A DNA stretch of 62,939 nt, filler included. It is 18 parts of 18 records of this genome, joined end to end, with 100 filler letters (N's around TTAATTAATTAA, not from the genome) between each part and the next. Parts side by side here need not be neighbours in the genome. Positions count along the whole stretch, not along the records: positions 1 to 7,215 come from SRR11831580_489; positions 7,316 to 9,509 come from SRR11831580_496; positions 9,610 to 12,097 come from SRR11831580_501; 15 more parts are not named here. One strand, given 5' to 3'. How positions within the stretch are numbered: the stretch's first letter is position 1; each line of letters starts with the position of its first letter. Shown piece after piece: positions 1 to 10,926 of this stretch. Made by a program: the position numbers and the translations under genes. The notes under the pieces are model-generated. The model was not told the origin of the DNA. It did no database searches and was given only the letters and a program-made list of their open reading frames with translations.

Positions 1-231
1 GGGCGTCAGAAAGGGCATGCCGAGCTGTACCGGGGGGCGGAATACAGCGTCAATTTCCTGCCAAAAGTAAAAATTGATGTGGCGATTGCTGATGACCAAC
101 TCGATGAAGTGATCGATATCGTCAGTAAGGCGGCTTACACCGGAAAAATTGGCGACGGCAAAATCTTCGTCGCTGAATTGCAACGCGTCATTCGTATTCG
201 TACCGGCGAAGCCGACGAAGCGGCGCTGTAA
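1..231 (+). CDS. glnK: Nitrogen regulatory protein PII-2 (5' truncated)
   Basis: Frame 1 reads GRQKGHAELYRGAEYSVNFLPK...TGKIGDGKIF...EAAL*; directly upstream of amtB. Confidence 0.97.
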   Translation, partial: GRQKGHAELYRGAEYSVNFLPKVKIDVAIADDQLDEVIDIVSKAAYTGKIGDGKIFVAELQRVIRIRTGEADEAAL

Positions 232-260
232 TCTCTGGCACACAGCAACAGGAACGAAAA

Positions 261-1547
261 ATGAAGATAGCGACGATAAAAACTGGGCTTGCTTCACTGG
301 CGATGCTTCCGGGACTGGTAATGGCTGCACCTGCGGTGGCCGATAAAGCCGACAATGCGTTTATGATGATTTGTACTGCGCTGGTGCTGTTTATGACTAT
401 TCCGGGGATTGCCCTGTTTTACGGTGGGTTGATTCGCGGCAAAAACGTGCTGTCGATGCTGACGCAGGTGACGGTGACATTTGCACTGGTCTGTATTCTC
501 TGGGTGGTTTACGGTTACTCGCTGGCGTTTGGTGAGGGCAACAACTTCTTCGGCAACATTAACTGGTTGATGCTGAAAAACATCGAACTGACGGCGGTGA
601 TGGGCAGCATTTATCAGTATATCCACGTGGCGTTTCAGGGATCGTTTGCCTGCATTACCGTCGGCTTGATAGTTGGGGCGCTGGCGGAACGAATCCGCTT
701 CTCAGCTGTGTTGATTTTCGTGGTGGTATGGCTGACGCTCTCTTACATTCCGATTGCGCATATGGTGTGGGGCGGTGGTTTGCTGGCTTCTCACGGTGCG
801 CTGGATTTCGCGGGTGGCACCGTGGTGCACATTAACGCCGCAATCGCCGGTCTGGTGGGCGCGTATCTGATAGGAAAACGCGTGGGCTTCGGTAAAGAGG
901 CGTTTAAACCGCACAACCTGCCGATGGTCTTCACCGGGACTGCCATTCTCTATATCGGTTGGTTTGGCTTTAACGCCGGGTCAGCGGGCACGGCGAATGA
1001 AATCGCGGCACTGGCATTTGTGAATACTGTGGTCGCAACGGCGGCGGCAATTCTTGGCTGGATCTTCGGTGAATGGGCGCTGCGTGGTAAGCCTTCACTG
1101 CTGGGGGCGTGTTCTGGCGCGATTGCCGGTCTGGTCGGCGTGACGCCAGCCTGCGGCTACATTGGGGTTGGCGGCGCGTTGATTATCGGCGTGGTAGCTG
1201 GTCTGGCGGGCTTGTGGGGCGTTACCATGCTCAAACGCTTGCTGCGGGTGGATGATCCCTGCGATGTCTTCGGTGTGCACGGCGTTTGTGGCATTGTCGG
1301 CTGTATCATGACCGGGATTTTTGCCGCCAGCTCGCTGGGCGGCGTGGGCTTCGCTGAAGGTGTGACGATGGGCCATCAGTTGCTGGTACAGCTGGAAAGC
1401 ATCGCCATTACGATCGTCTGGTCCGGTGTTGTGGCATTTATCGGCTACAAATTGGCGGATCTGACGGTTGGTCTGCGTGTACCGGAAGAGCAGGAGCGAG
1501 AAGGGCTGGATGTCAACAGCCACGGCGAGAATGCCTATAACGCGTAA
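261..1547 (+). CDS. amtB: Ammonium transporter AmtB
   Basis: 428 aa; DFAGGTVVH motif; signal peptide MKIATIKTG; in the glnK operon. Confidence 0.99.
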   Translation: MKIATIKTGLASLAMLPGLVMAAPAVADKADNAFMMICTALVLFMTIPGIALFYGGLIRGKNVLSMLTQVTVTFALVCILWVVYGYSLAFGEGNNFFGNINWLMLKNIELTAVMGSIYQYIHVAFQGSFACITVGLIVGALAERIRFSAVLIFVVVWLTLSYIPIAHMVWGGGLLASHGALDFAGGTVVHINAAIAGLVGAYLIGKRVGFGKEAFKPHNLPMVFTGTAILYIGWFGFNAGSAGTANEIAALAFVNTVVATAAAILGWIFGEWALRGKPSLLGACSGAIAGLVGVTPACGYIGVGGALIIGVVAGLAGLWGVTMLKRLLRVDDPCDVFGVHGVCGIVGCIMTGIFAASSLGGVGFAEGVTMGHQLLVQLESIAITIVWSGVVAFIGYKLADLTVGLRVPEEQEREGLDVNSHGENAYNA

Positions 1548-1557
1548 CAAGCACTGC

Positions 1558-1597
1558 AAAAAACAGCCGGACGGTTTTCACCTCCGGCTATTTTTTT
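1558..1597. terminator. Bidirectional intrinsic terminator between amtB and tesB
   Basis: A-run, AGCCGGA...TCCGGCT hairpin, T-run. Confidence 0.75.
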
Positions 1598-2456
1598 AAT
1601 TGTGATTACGCATCACCCCTTCCTGAACGGTCGAGGCAACCAGTACGCCGTCTTGGGTATAAAACTCACCGCGCACAAAGCCACGTGCGCTGGACGCCGA
1701 GGTGCTCTCCACGCTATACAGCAGCCATTCATTCAAATTAAACGGGCGATGGAACCACATGGAATGGTCAATGGTGGCAATCTGAATCCCCGGTTCGAGA
1801 AAACCGATGCCGTGCGGCTGTAGAGCTACCGGCAGGAAGTTAAGATCAGAAGCGTAACCGAGCAGATACTGATGAACGCGCAGGTCATCCGGCACGCTAC
1901 CATTTGCGCGGATCCACACCTGACGATGTGGTTCTGCGACGTGACCTTTCAGTGGGTTATGAAACTCCACCGGACGGACTTCCAGCGGACGATCGCAGAT
2001 GAATTTATCTTTCAGCACTGGCGGCAGCAGGTGCGCCAGCGATTGGGCGATTTGCGTTTCCGAAGGGAGGCCATCAGGCGCTGGCGCGGACGGCATTGTT
2101 TTTTGATGTTCGAAACCCGCTTCTGGTGCCTGGAAAGAGGCAGTCATATAAAAAATCGGTTTGCCGTTTTGAATAGCAGCAACCCGGCGGGCGCTGAAGC
2201 TGTTACCGTCACGCAGCGTTTCGACATCATAAATAATCGGCTTCTTACTATCGCCAGGGCGAAGAAAGTAGCTGTGAAACGAATGTACCAGCCGCTCTTC
2301 AGGGACGGTCTCTTTTGCAGCATACAAGGCCTGACCCACGACCTGGCCGCCAAACACCTGGCGTAAACCTAAATCTTCACTCTGGCCGCGAAAGAGTCCT
2401 TCCTCAATTTTTTCCAGATTTAACAATGTCAGTAAATTTTTTAGCGCCTGACTCAT
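1596..2456 (-). CDS. tesB: Acyl-CoA thioesterase II
   Basis: MSQALKNLL...[11 protein letters not shown]; 286 aa from the second Met of the ORF. Confidence 0.98.
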
Positions 2457-2673
2457 ATAACTCTCCAGTAACAAAGCTGCCGCAGCAAGCCAAAGTGAGT
2501 TGAGTATAACGCAAATTTGCTACTGGTCCGATGGGTGCAATGGTCTGAATTACGGGCTAATTACAGGCAGAAATGCGTGATGTGTGCCACACTTGTTGAC
2601 GTTACTATTTTGTTAACCACTCTTCCGGCGAGGAAAGTTAGCCCGCTGGTGCATTGATAATAAGGAGAAATGA

Positions 2674-3246
2674 ATGAAACTCGTGCACATGGCCAGTGGT
2701 TTAGCGGTTGCGATTGCGTTGGCGGCTTGCGCAGATAAAAGCGCGGATATTCAGACGCCAGCACCGGCTGCAAATACGTCTATTTCAGCAACACAACAAC
2801 CAGCTATCCAGCAACCGAATGTCTCCGGTACCGTCTGGATCCGTCAGAAAGTCGCACTGCCGCCTGATGCTGTGCTGACCGTGACACTTTCTGACGCGTC
2901 GTTAGCCGATGCACCGTCAAAAGTGCTGGCGCAGAAAGCGGTGCGTACTGAAGGTAAACAGTCACCATTCAGCTTTGTTCTGTCATTTAACCCGGCAGAT
3001 GTTCAGCCGAACGCGCGTATTCTGTTGAGTGCGGCGATTACCGTGAATGACAAACTGGTATTTATCACCGATACCGTTCAGCCGGTGATCAACCAGGGCG
3101 GAACTAAAGCCGACCTGACATTGGTGCCGGTACAGCAAACCGCCGTGCCGGTTCAGGCCAGCGGTGGCGCAACGACTACCGTACCTTCGACTTCACCAAC
3201 TCAGGTGAATCCGTCTTCGGCAGTTCCAGCTCCTACGCAATATTAA
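2674..3246 (+). CDS. ybaY: Lipoprotein YbaY
   Basis: Lipobox LAAC; 190 aa; synteny. Confidence 0.95.
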   Translation: MKLVHMASGLAVAIALAACADKSADIQTPAPAANTSISATQQPAIQQPNVSGTVWIRQKVALPPDAVLTVTLSDASLADAPSKVLAQKAVRTEGKQSPFSFVLSFNPADVQPNARILLSAAITVNDKLVFITDTVQPVINQGGTKADLTLVPVQQTAVPVQASGGATTTVPSTSPTQVNPSSAVPAPTQY

Positions 3247-3252
3247 GCGACG

Positions 3253-3280
3253 TTAACCCTCTCCGCCCGGAGAGGGTTAG
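3253..3280. terminator. Hairpin between convergent ybaY and atl
   Basis: TAACCCTCTCCG-CC-CGGAGAGGGTTA inverted repeat. Confidence 0.6.
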
Positions 3281-3666
3281 TAGTTCCAGCGATAACGCTG
3301 CAAGTCGATTTGCCCGCTTCCCGATACCATCACACCTTCTGCCAGTAATGCCTGTCGCTGACGCTGTAAATCCGGTCCGGTTAGCGAAATTGTGCCGTGG
3401 CGATTAACCACCCGGTGCCAGGGTAAGGTGCTGCCTTCAGGGAGACGCTTTAACACACCGCCCACCTGGCGCGCGGCGCGGGGCGATCCCGCCAGTTTCG
3501 CCACATCACCGTAAGTGGTGACATAGCCTTCGGGAATAGCGGCGACGATTTGCCAGACGCGTTGGGGAAATGAATCTTCTTTTTCCATCTTTTCTTCCTG
3601 AGGTAATTTTTCAGCATAATCTGGAAAAACGCCCGAGTGAAGTCGCATTGCGCAAGAAACCAGCAT
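3277..3666 (-). CDS. atl: Alkyltransferase-like DNA base-flipping protein (YbaZ)
   Basis: PWHRV motif (Trp replacing the catalytic Cys of alkyltransferases); start codon uncertain. Confidence 0.93.
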   Translation of the reverse strand: MLVSCAMRLHSGVFPDYAEKLPQEEKMEKEDSFPQRVWQIVAAIPEGYVTTYGDVAKLAGSPRAARQVGGVLKRLPEGSTLPWHRVVNRHGTISLTGPDLQRQRQALLAEGVMVSGSGQIDLQRYRWNY

Positions 3667-3742
3667 CTGGCACGCGATGGGTTGCAATTAGCCGGGGCAG
3701 CAGTGATAATGCGCCTGCGCGTTGGTTCTCAACGCTCTCAAT

Positions 3743-3856
3743 GGGGGCTCTGTTGGTTCTCCCGCAACGCTACTCTGTTTACCAGGTCAGGTCCGGAAGG
3801 AAGCAGCCAAGGCAGATGACGCGTGTGCCGGGATGTAGCTGGCAGGGCCCCCACCC
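3743..3856 (+). ncRNA. ffs: 4.5S SRP RNA
   Basis: 114 nt GGGGGCTCTGTTGG...CAGGTCCGGAAGGAAGCAG...GGGCCCCCACCC containing the SRP helix-8 motif. Confidence 0.98.
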
Positions 3857-3966
3857 ATTTCTGCCTCCCACCGTTTCGTCAAAAAATCCCAACATGGCTA
3901 AACTTTAACCACAACTGACGTCGCAAGAATTGTCTGGCTGCGCAGTACGCTTCGGAGGTATGTCTG

Positions 3967-4320
3967 ATGAAGTATGTTGATGGTTTTGTGGTTGCCGTTC
4001 CTGCCGATAAAAAGGATGCCTATCGGGAAATGGCCGCTAAGGCTGCGCCATTGTTTAAAGAGTTTGGCGCGCTTCGTATTGTCGAATGCTGGGCCAGCGA
4101 TGTACCGGATGGCAAAGTGACCGATTTTCGTATGGCGGTGAAAGCGGAAGAGAATGAAGAGGTTGTCTTTAGCTGGATTGAATACCCTTCAAAAGAGGTC
4201 CGCGACGCTGCTAATCAAAAGATGATGTCGGACCCACGGATGAAAGAGTTCGGCGAGTCCATGCCGTTTGACGGCAAGCGAATGATCTATGGCGGATTCG
4301 AGTCAATCATCGACGAATAG
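3967..4320 (+). CDS. ybaA: DUF1428 family protein YbaA
   Basis: MKYVDGFVVAVP...MPFDGKRMIYGGF. Confidence 0.95.
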   Translation: MKYVDGFVVAVPADKKDAYREMAAKAAPLFKEFGALRIVECWASDVPDGKVTDFRMAVKAEENEEVVFSWIEYPSKEVRDAANQKMMSDPRMKEFGESMPFDGKRMIYGGFESIIDE

Positions 4321-4361
4321 GTAGCGTGACGGGCTGTGCGGCGTGCCGTCAGCCCAAAAAT

Positions 4362-5911
4362 TCACAAATGTTGCTCGGCCCAGCGTAAGAAATCTTCTTT
4401 CGGTAATGCCTTGCTGTAGAGCCAGCCCTGACCGTAGTGCACGCCATGCTGGCGTAACCACTCTTCTTGTTTACTGGTTTCGATTCCCTCCGCTACCATT
4501 TTCAGTTTCAGTGTTTTTGCCATTTCGATGATATGCGGCGTGACATTTTTATATTCCAGCGCATCAACGAAAGATTTATCGATCTTCAGAATGTCGACAT
4601 CCAGATCCTGTAAATAACTTAAACTTGAATACCCCGTACCAAAATCATCAAGATAAATTTCATGGCCCGCCTCCCGGTAGCGAGAAATTATCGGGGCGCT
4701 GGTTTTCGGATCGGCAAACTCGCGTTCAGTGAGTTCAAGCGCGATCTGTCTGGGATTAACCTGATAGTGATTGATCATGTCACGCAGCAATTGCGGGATT
4801 TTTTCCGAGGTGAGCACGGGGGATTCAAGATTGATCGAAATATGCTGCTGTGGATGCTGACGCAGCCAGTCGCCCATATCTTCAAAGACGCTTCTTATAA
4901 TCAGTAGCGTCAATGGCTCAGAAAGGCCCGTTTGCTGTGCCAGCGGAATAAAACTATCTGGTGACAACCAACTACCGTCTGTCTGCGGCCAGCGCGCCAG
5001 TGCCTCAGCACCGACAATTTTGCCATTGGCTAAGGAGACAATCGGCTGATAGTGCACGCAAATATCACGATTTTCGATAGCATCCTGCAGCCGATGATGC
5101 GGTGACTGAATACGGCGCAAAATACGCAGCACAAACATCGCTGCCAGCAGGCCAATCACCAACCCGAGCGGTAACCAAATAAAGACTTGCCGATGCCAGC
5201 CTTTCTGCAACATTTTCGTTGAAGCCCATGTGATGATCGAAATATTCATCTCCGGTAAGGGCAGGATATCGTAAATGATTCCATTATTTTCGATATGCTC
5301 ACCGGGTGTTTTTGTAGCCTGGTAATAATTCCCTGAGCAATTTCATCGCTGCTGGTTATGACAACGTTATGGGCATTGCCAATAATGGCGGCATCAATTT
5401 GCCATGAGCTATAGGGAATGACATCAATAAAGGAAGCGGGGTCGATCATGACGACATAATGTGCCGTTCCCATGGCGACCATGTAACGGATAATGCCTAA
5501 ATCGTTATGCGATGTTAACCAGACACGATAACCATCTTTCGAAATTTTACCTGGCTCGGGGAAGGTATCGGGCGGACTTTCATGCTCCAGAGACGAACAC
5601 TGGGGAACGTTGTTATCGATATAAGCCACTTCCTGAATATAGCGATAACTGTAAGATACCCGACGCATTTCCATGAGATGGGCTTCGCTACAGGCAGCGC
5701 CTTGCCATCTTTCCAGCTCCTGCAGCGCATCTTTCCCTTGTGTCGCCACCTTATTGGCTCGAATAGCGACGCGGGAGGAATAGGTATCCAGCTCTTCAAT
5801 AAACGATGTTTCTACCTGCTGATGGGCCAGCCAGATGCTTAAGCCGACAGGCAGCAATACTGAAAGAATCAGTACTCCCGAAATAAGGCCGACCAGATGT
5901 CGTGTTCTCAC
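4362..5911 (-). CDS. pdeB: CSS-EAL c-di-GMP phosphodiesterase (YlaB); split by a probable sequencing frameshift
   Basis: CSS motif in the N-half ORF; EAL and DDFGTGYSS in the C-half ORF; frames rejoin if the T5 run at 5309-5313 is T6. Confidence 0.93.
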
Positions 5912-6074
5912 CAGCATATCCTTATTAACACAGTGTAGGGAAAGTATATCTGATTGTGGAAAAAGGCTGGCTGGAGATAAGGAGGTAGAGCTGGTATTTC
6001 ATGAAGTGATGGGTGGAAACGATCATTGTCATTTGACCAGGCGCAGAGCTTTACGCCTGGTATGTAACCCTAAC

Positions 6075-6545
6075 TTAAGATGTTGATTCGGCGCGAGCGA
6101 GGGTAAAAATATCGTAAAAAGACAGTTCACCTTTACGGACGATCATTTTTTGCAGTTGTTCCTTATGAACATCCGCGACACGCGGAGAGTTCAAGATGGC
6201 TTCAACCAGCGCGGCAGGTACAAAGCGCGTGTTGTACCATTCGCCGTTATAGCAAACGCGGAAATCCAGCACGTCGATATCTTCATAGCGGTAGCGTGGG
6301 TAGACATCGAAAAAGAAGAAACCATTAAGCAGGATAAATAATACAACCAGTAGCCAGACAGAGCCTGACAGCGTTTCGGACTGCAACATCACCGCCAGGG
6401 TGGCAAAAAAAGCAACGTACATACCGATAAACAGCCCCGGATGTTTACGGATAAAACTGATACTAAAGCGGGGTTTGTTGTCGCGTTTTTCGCGGGTATT
6501 CAGAGACTCAATCGTTTCGGTCAGCAGGCGTTGTATTTCGGTCAT
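6075..6545 (-). CDS. ylaC: Inner membrane protein YlaC
   Basis: [12 protein letters not shown], 156 aa, two hydrophobic segments, synteny. Confidence 0.92.
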
Positions 6546-6660
6546 CGTTTGCCTTCGTGGTATCTGCAACTTTCCAGGGAACACCCTATTTTAACGTGGG
6601 AATAGTAGAGGGGAAGTAACAGATCTACCACAATTTTGCATAACAGTTGCGAAAAACCGA

Positions 6661-7211
6661 TTACAATTTTTAATTATTCTGGCTGGATTACCGCCCACGA
6701 CAACGTTGTCCGGGACATCTTTTGTGACAACTGCACCTGAGGCTACCACGACGTTATCACCAATGGTCACACCAGGGTTAATGACCGCGCGTCCGCCAAT
6801 CCAGACGTTATTACCGATGGTGACGGGTTTCCCCAGTTCAGCACCGCTATTACGTGCTACAGGGTCGATGGGATGTGTTGCCGTGTAGATATGAACGCCT
6901 GGTGCCAACATACAGTTATCACCGATGCGAATAGGGCAGACATCAAGCATCACGCAATCGAAGTTGGCGAAAAAATTATTACCGAGAAAAATGTTATAGC
7001 CATAGTCACAGCGAAACGTTGGCTCAATATAAGCCTCTGTCACCTGACCGAATAGATCAGCGAGAATTTGCTGGCGTAATGTGTGCTCTTCCGCCAGGGA
7101 ATGATTGTATCGGTGAATAAGCTGACGAGCGCGCAGGCGATCGCGAGATAACGTCTCATCTGCCGAGCGATACAACTCACCAGCAATCATCTTTTCTTTT
7201 TCTGTGCTCAT
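6661..7211 (-). CDS. maa: Maltose O-acetyltransferase; the read-through C-terminus is a probable homopolymer error
   Basis: Hexapeptide repeats; ends ARIIKKL* if T5 at 6667-6671 is T6. Confidence 0.95.
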
Positions 7212-7215
7212 TACT

Positions 7216-7315
7216 NNNNNNNNNNNNNNNNNNNNNNNNNNNNNNNNNNNNNNNNNNNNTTAATTAATTAANNNNNNNNNNNNNNNNNNNNNNNNNNNNN
7301 NNNNNNNNNNNNNNN
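7216..7315. other. Artificial contig spacer (first of 17)
   Basis: 44N+TTAATTAATTAA+44N, which stops all six frames. Also at 9510, 12098, 14362, 18934, 21173, 23761, 26902, 29451, 33060, 35603, 40547, 48872, 51405, 54040, 56517 and 60356, each 100 nt. Confidence 0.99.
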
Positions 7316-8005
7316 CCTCAGCCATAGTTCCTCTCAGGCGGGCACCTCAATCATGCGAGGGTCCGCGAAAAGATGGTCGGCGGGGCAGCCAAGGCGAGAC
7401 ACAAGGAGGCAAGCGCGGTCGCAAGCACGCAAGCGACGTGAATTCTTAAAAATTTTAGTCAGAGATGTCCATGTTGGGGCATGAACGTGGTGTTTGGCCC
7501 GATACATACACAAACAGAACATCGCCGATCGCCGCGCAACAGGAAACTGTCCTCGCACGACCTGCACCGCACGTCGGTGCGCAACAGGGGGAATGTACAT
7601 CGCGAGCATGGTGCGTGATTCGACCGCAATTTTCACTGCTGCATTAAACGAACTTGCGGCAATGCAGAAATCCATCTGATGCGGAGATGAGCCCTTGGGA
7701 ATGGGCTGCAAGTCCACCAGGTTCGCAGCGGCGGGAATACGCTCTAAATGAGGCTTGTTTCCAGGACTCACGATTCGTCGTGTCGTTCTGCTTCCCGCGT
7801 GTTAACACGTGCCAGCCCTTTGTGTCACGTGTGTGTGTTGTGTTCTACAAAGCAAAGCAGAAGCTCGACATGTCAAGCTTTCGACGATTCTTTTTGTTCG
7901 CGAAGGTCTTGTCAGGGTCCCATAACCAAAGTGGCACCAATCTATAAAACGGTGCGTGGGCCGCGCTGCCGCAGTTTCAAAGTTGAGTTAGTACCGCGCA
8001 CAATT

Positions 8006-9498
8006 ATGATGCGATCCGCGGAAGAAGAAGCCAAGGTCCGAGAGCTGCTCTCCGGAAAGACCACCGCTATGCCGGTGTCCCTGAACGCTCTCCAGGTGCG
8101 TCATCTGCTTCCGACATTTGGGCGCGGAACCTCATACAAAGCTGTAGGTGCTTGCGAAGCGGTACCTGTTGAAGGAGCTTGATGGGACGGTCCTTGAAAA
8201 CCCTGAGGAAATGTTTGATCGCGTGTCCAAGCGTCTAGCGGAAGTGGAGCGAAATTACAACGCTACAGGTACGCAGTTTGTTTTTCCAGCCACGCGTTGA
8301 ATGGACTTTGCTCACGCTTTGTAGAGGAGGAGGTGGCTACCCTTCATCAGCAGTTCTACGAGATCATGTGGAATATGGAGTTTACACCTGCTGGTCGCAC
8401 TTTGGCCAATTGCGGTGGACCTACTAAGACTGTTCCCAACTGCATCGTCCTGCACATTGAGGACAACATGGAGTCCATCTTTGGCACATTGTACCAAGCT
8501 GCCCTTCTCCAGAAGGATGGTTCAGGTGCGAACTCGGTCTGCGTCTGTCTCCATCGTCTCTGACTGTTTGCAGGGCTGGGATTCCCGCTTCATCTCATGC
8601 GACCGGCCGGTACTATCACCAAGCGGTCCTTTGGCTCGTCATCCGGCCCCGTATCCTTCCTGCATGTGTACAACACTGCGTTCGGCGTCATCAAGCAGCA
8701 GAACCGCAACGGCGCTAACATGGCTGTGATGGCCGGTACGACCTCTCCCCCTGTGGCTCCCCTCCGTCTTTCTCTCTGCTACGCGCTCAGTCTTTTTTTA
8801 TTCCGTTTCTTTGCAAACGTTCTCATTCCCCGTTCCCCCGCCCGCATGTAGTATCGCACCCCGATATTCTGGAGTTTATCCACTGCAAGGACGTAGAGGG
8901 ATCCATCCGCAACTTTAACGTCTCTGTGGGACTTACGGCCGAGTTCATGACGCAAGTCGAGGCCAACACACCCACCCCGTGGATGTGGTACGCTACGATA
9001 CACAGTGTGATTCTCTCACTCATGTATATGCTTGTGCTTTCGTATGCAACTCTGTGTCTGTACTCATACGCTCTTGCCGTGTAGCGAGTTCAAGGGTGAG
9101 AAGATGCTCCCACGCCGCATTGTGCGCGACGGCAACTATAACATCCTCTCCATCACCCCCGTCGAAATGACCGCGCGGCAGATCTTTGACGAGATCGTGC
9201 ACAGCGCGTGGAACATGGGCGAGCCAGGCTGCGTCTTCCTCGACACGGTCAACGATGACAACCCCTTGCCCGGGCTTGGGCGTATTGAGGCGTGCAATCC
9301 GTGCGGGGAGCAGTTCTTACACGACGGCGACGTGTGCAACCTGGGCAGCATCAACCTCGAGAAGATGGTGAAGGACGGTGCGGTGGATTTTGACCGTCTC
9401 CGGCATGTGGTGCGCCTGTCGGTGCGGCTGCTGGACAACGTGATCGATATGTCCGAGTTCAGTGTGGAGAAGGTGGCCAACGTGTTCCGAAACAACCG
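8006..9498 (+). CDS. Intron-containing eukaryotic class II (adenosylcobalamin-dependent, NrdJ-type) ribonucleotide reductase, 3' truncated
   Basis: Exons 8006-8095, 8148-8268, 8325-8525, 8574-8735, 8852-8987, 9085-9498 joined by GT-AG introns give one open frame. Motifs: [59 protein letters not shown]. Confidence 0.88.
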
Positions 9499-9630
9499 GT
9501 ACGTGGCTTNNNNNNNNNNNNNNNNNNNNNNNNNNNNNNNNNNNNNNNNNNNNTTAATTAATTAANNNNNNNNNNNNNNNNNNNNNNNNNNNNNNNNNNN
9601 NNNNNNNNNCCCCCCAGACAGTGTACGTAC

Positions 9631-10613
9631 GCAAACAACGCAGTCATGGCCGTGTGCAGGTCGTCGTAATACTTGCGATCAAACAGCCGCACCACCGTGT
9701 CAAAGCCAAGGATAAAGTAAATCTGGACCTGCGCACCTGTTTGTGCGTGGCAGACATAAGCACATATACACATATATAACACATACACATAAACACGGGG
9801 CGGAAGAGAGTCAAGTCGGTACGGAAGGCAATACGGTCAACGATTGAGAAGCACAACACACAAATGAAAACTGAGTCACGAGGCGCCTACATGTTGGTTC
9901 TGATCTTTGCTAAACGTACCGTACACATCGTGCAACGCGGAGGCCTTATCCACAAAGCGTCCATGTGCAGTCACACCTGTGTGTCAGTATACCAGCAAGA
10001 CGATGAGAGACGTACACATCAAAACACTCCCGCACGCATGCACCAGACACACACACACACGCCCACACATGCAGTGTATCAAGATACAGTCAAACGCACA
10101 ATGTGAAGCGTTACGAAGGCACTCTCCATAAGAATGGCCATCCACGGAAACACAGACACGCAGCACAGACAGTTTGACCTTCCCAGTGAAAGCACACATA
10201 TATATGGGCACGCACGACTGCCGCACACGTGCCTACAGCGCTATGAGGTCGGCGCTCGGCCAGAATCTGCATCATCTCCACGCGTTGCAGAAGACTTGCC
10301 CCAAACACGCCCTTGTCCACGTTCGACTTGGCGAGCAGGAACACAGCCTGATCGAAATGAAACATAGTCTCTGCCGTGTTGAGCAGATGCAAATGGGCTC
10401 TGTGCGATACAATACCGTACCATGTGAGTGAGGACAAGAAGGTATTACGAACGCGGAGAAGAGATTGTACTTGGTCGGCGGATTGAATGAGCTATCCAGC
10501 ACGCCCACACGGGCAACCGATCGATTGCTATCGTCAAGTTTGAAGGGAAATTTCACTTCGGGTTTGCCGTCCCGATCAAGTGAGTCGAGCACAGATGCGA
10601 TGGTGGATTGCAT
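9631..10613 (-). CDS. Intron-containing Pof1-like nicotinamide-nucleotide adenylyltransferase / cytidylyltransferase-fold protein, 3' truncated
   Basis: Exons 10613-10471, 10399-10233 (or -10227), 9976-9920, 9736-9631. Motifs: VLDSSFNPPTKAH, NVDK, RFVDK, GFDTVVRLFDRKYY. Confidence 0.8.
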
Positions 10614-10926
10614 GAAGAAACGGTTACAAGCAACGTGCTTAATGAACGAATGAGATAATTTTGCAGCCAGAAGCATGCCCGCTCTCTCTTAGAATATGAG
10701 AAAACATCATCGATGCGAATGTTCATTCAGATGCACAAGCATGTCGGAAACTTCCGGGATTCTTCCTGCCCAAATCCACATCGACATCGATAATGGTTCG
10801 TCTTTACTTGAAAGCCTTCGTCAATTACATACCCATCCCACACACGACCAAGCATACGCATCCACACACACGCACACCTCACAGCAAATCCGCGAGGGCG
10901 TGCGCACCCAAAAACCCACGTTTTCT

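Noticed and set aside
7260-7271. Recurrent TTAATTAATTAA as a biological repeat or CRISPR-like array
   Set aside because: Always centred in an exact 100-nt N block; it is a six-frame-stop concatenation linker.
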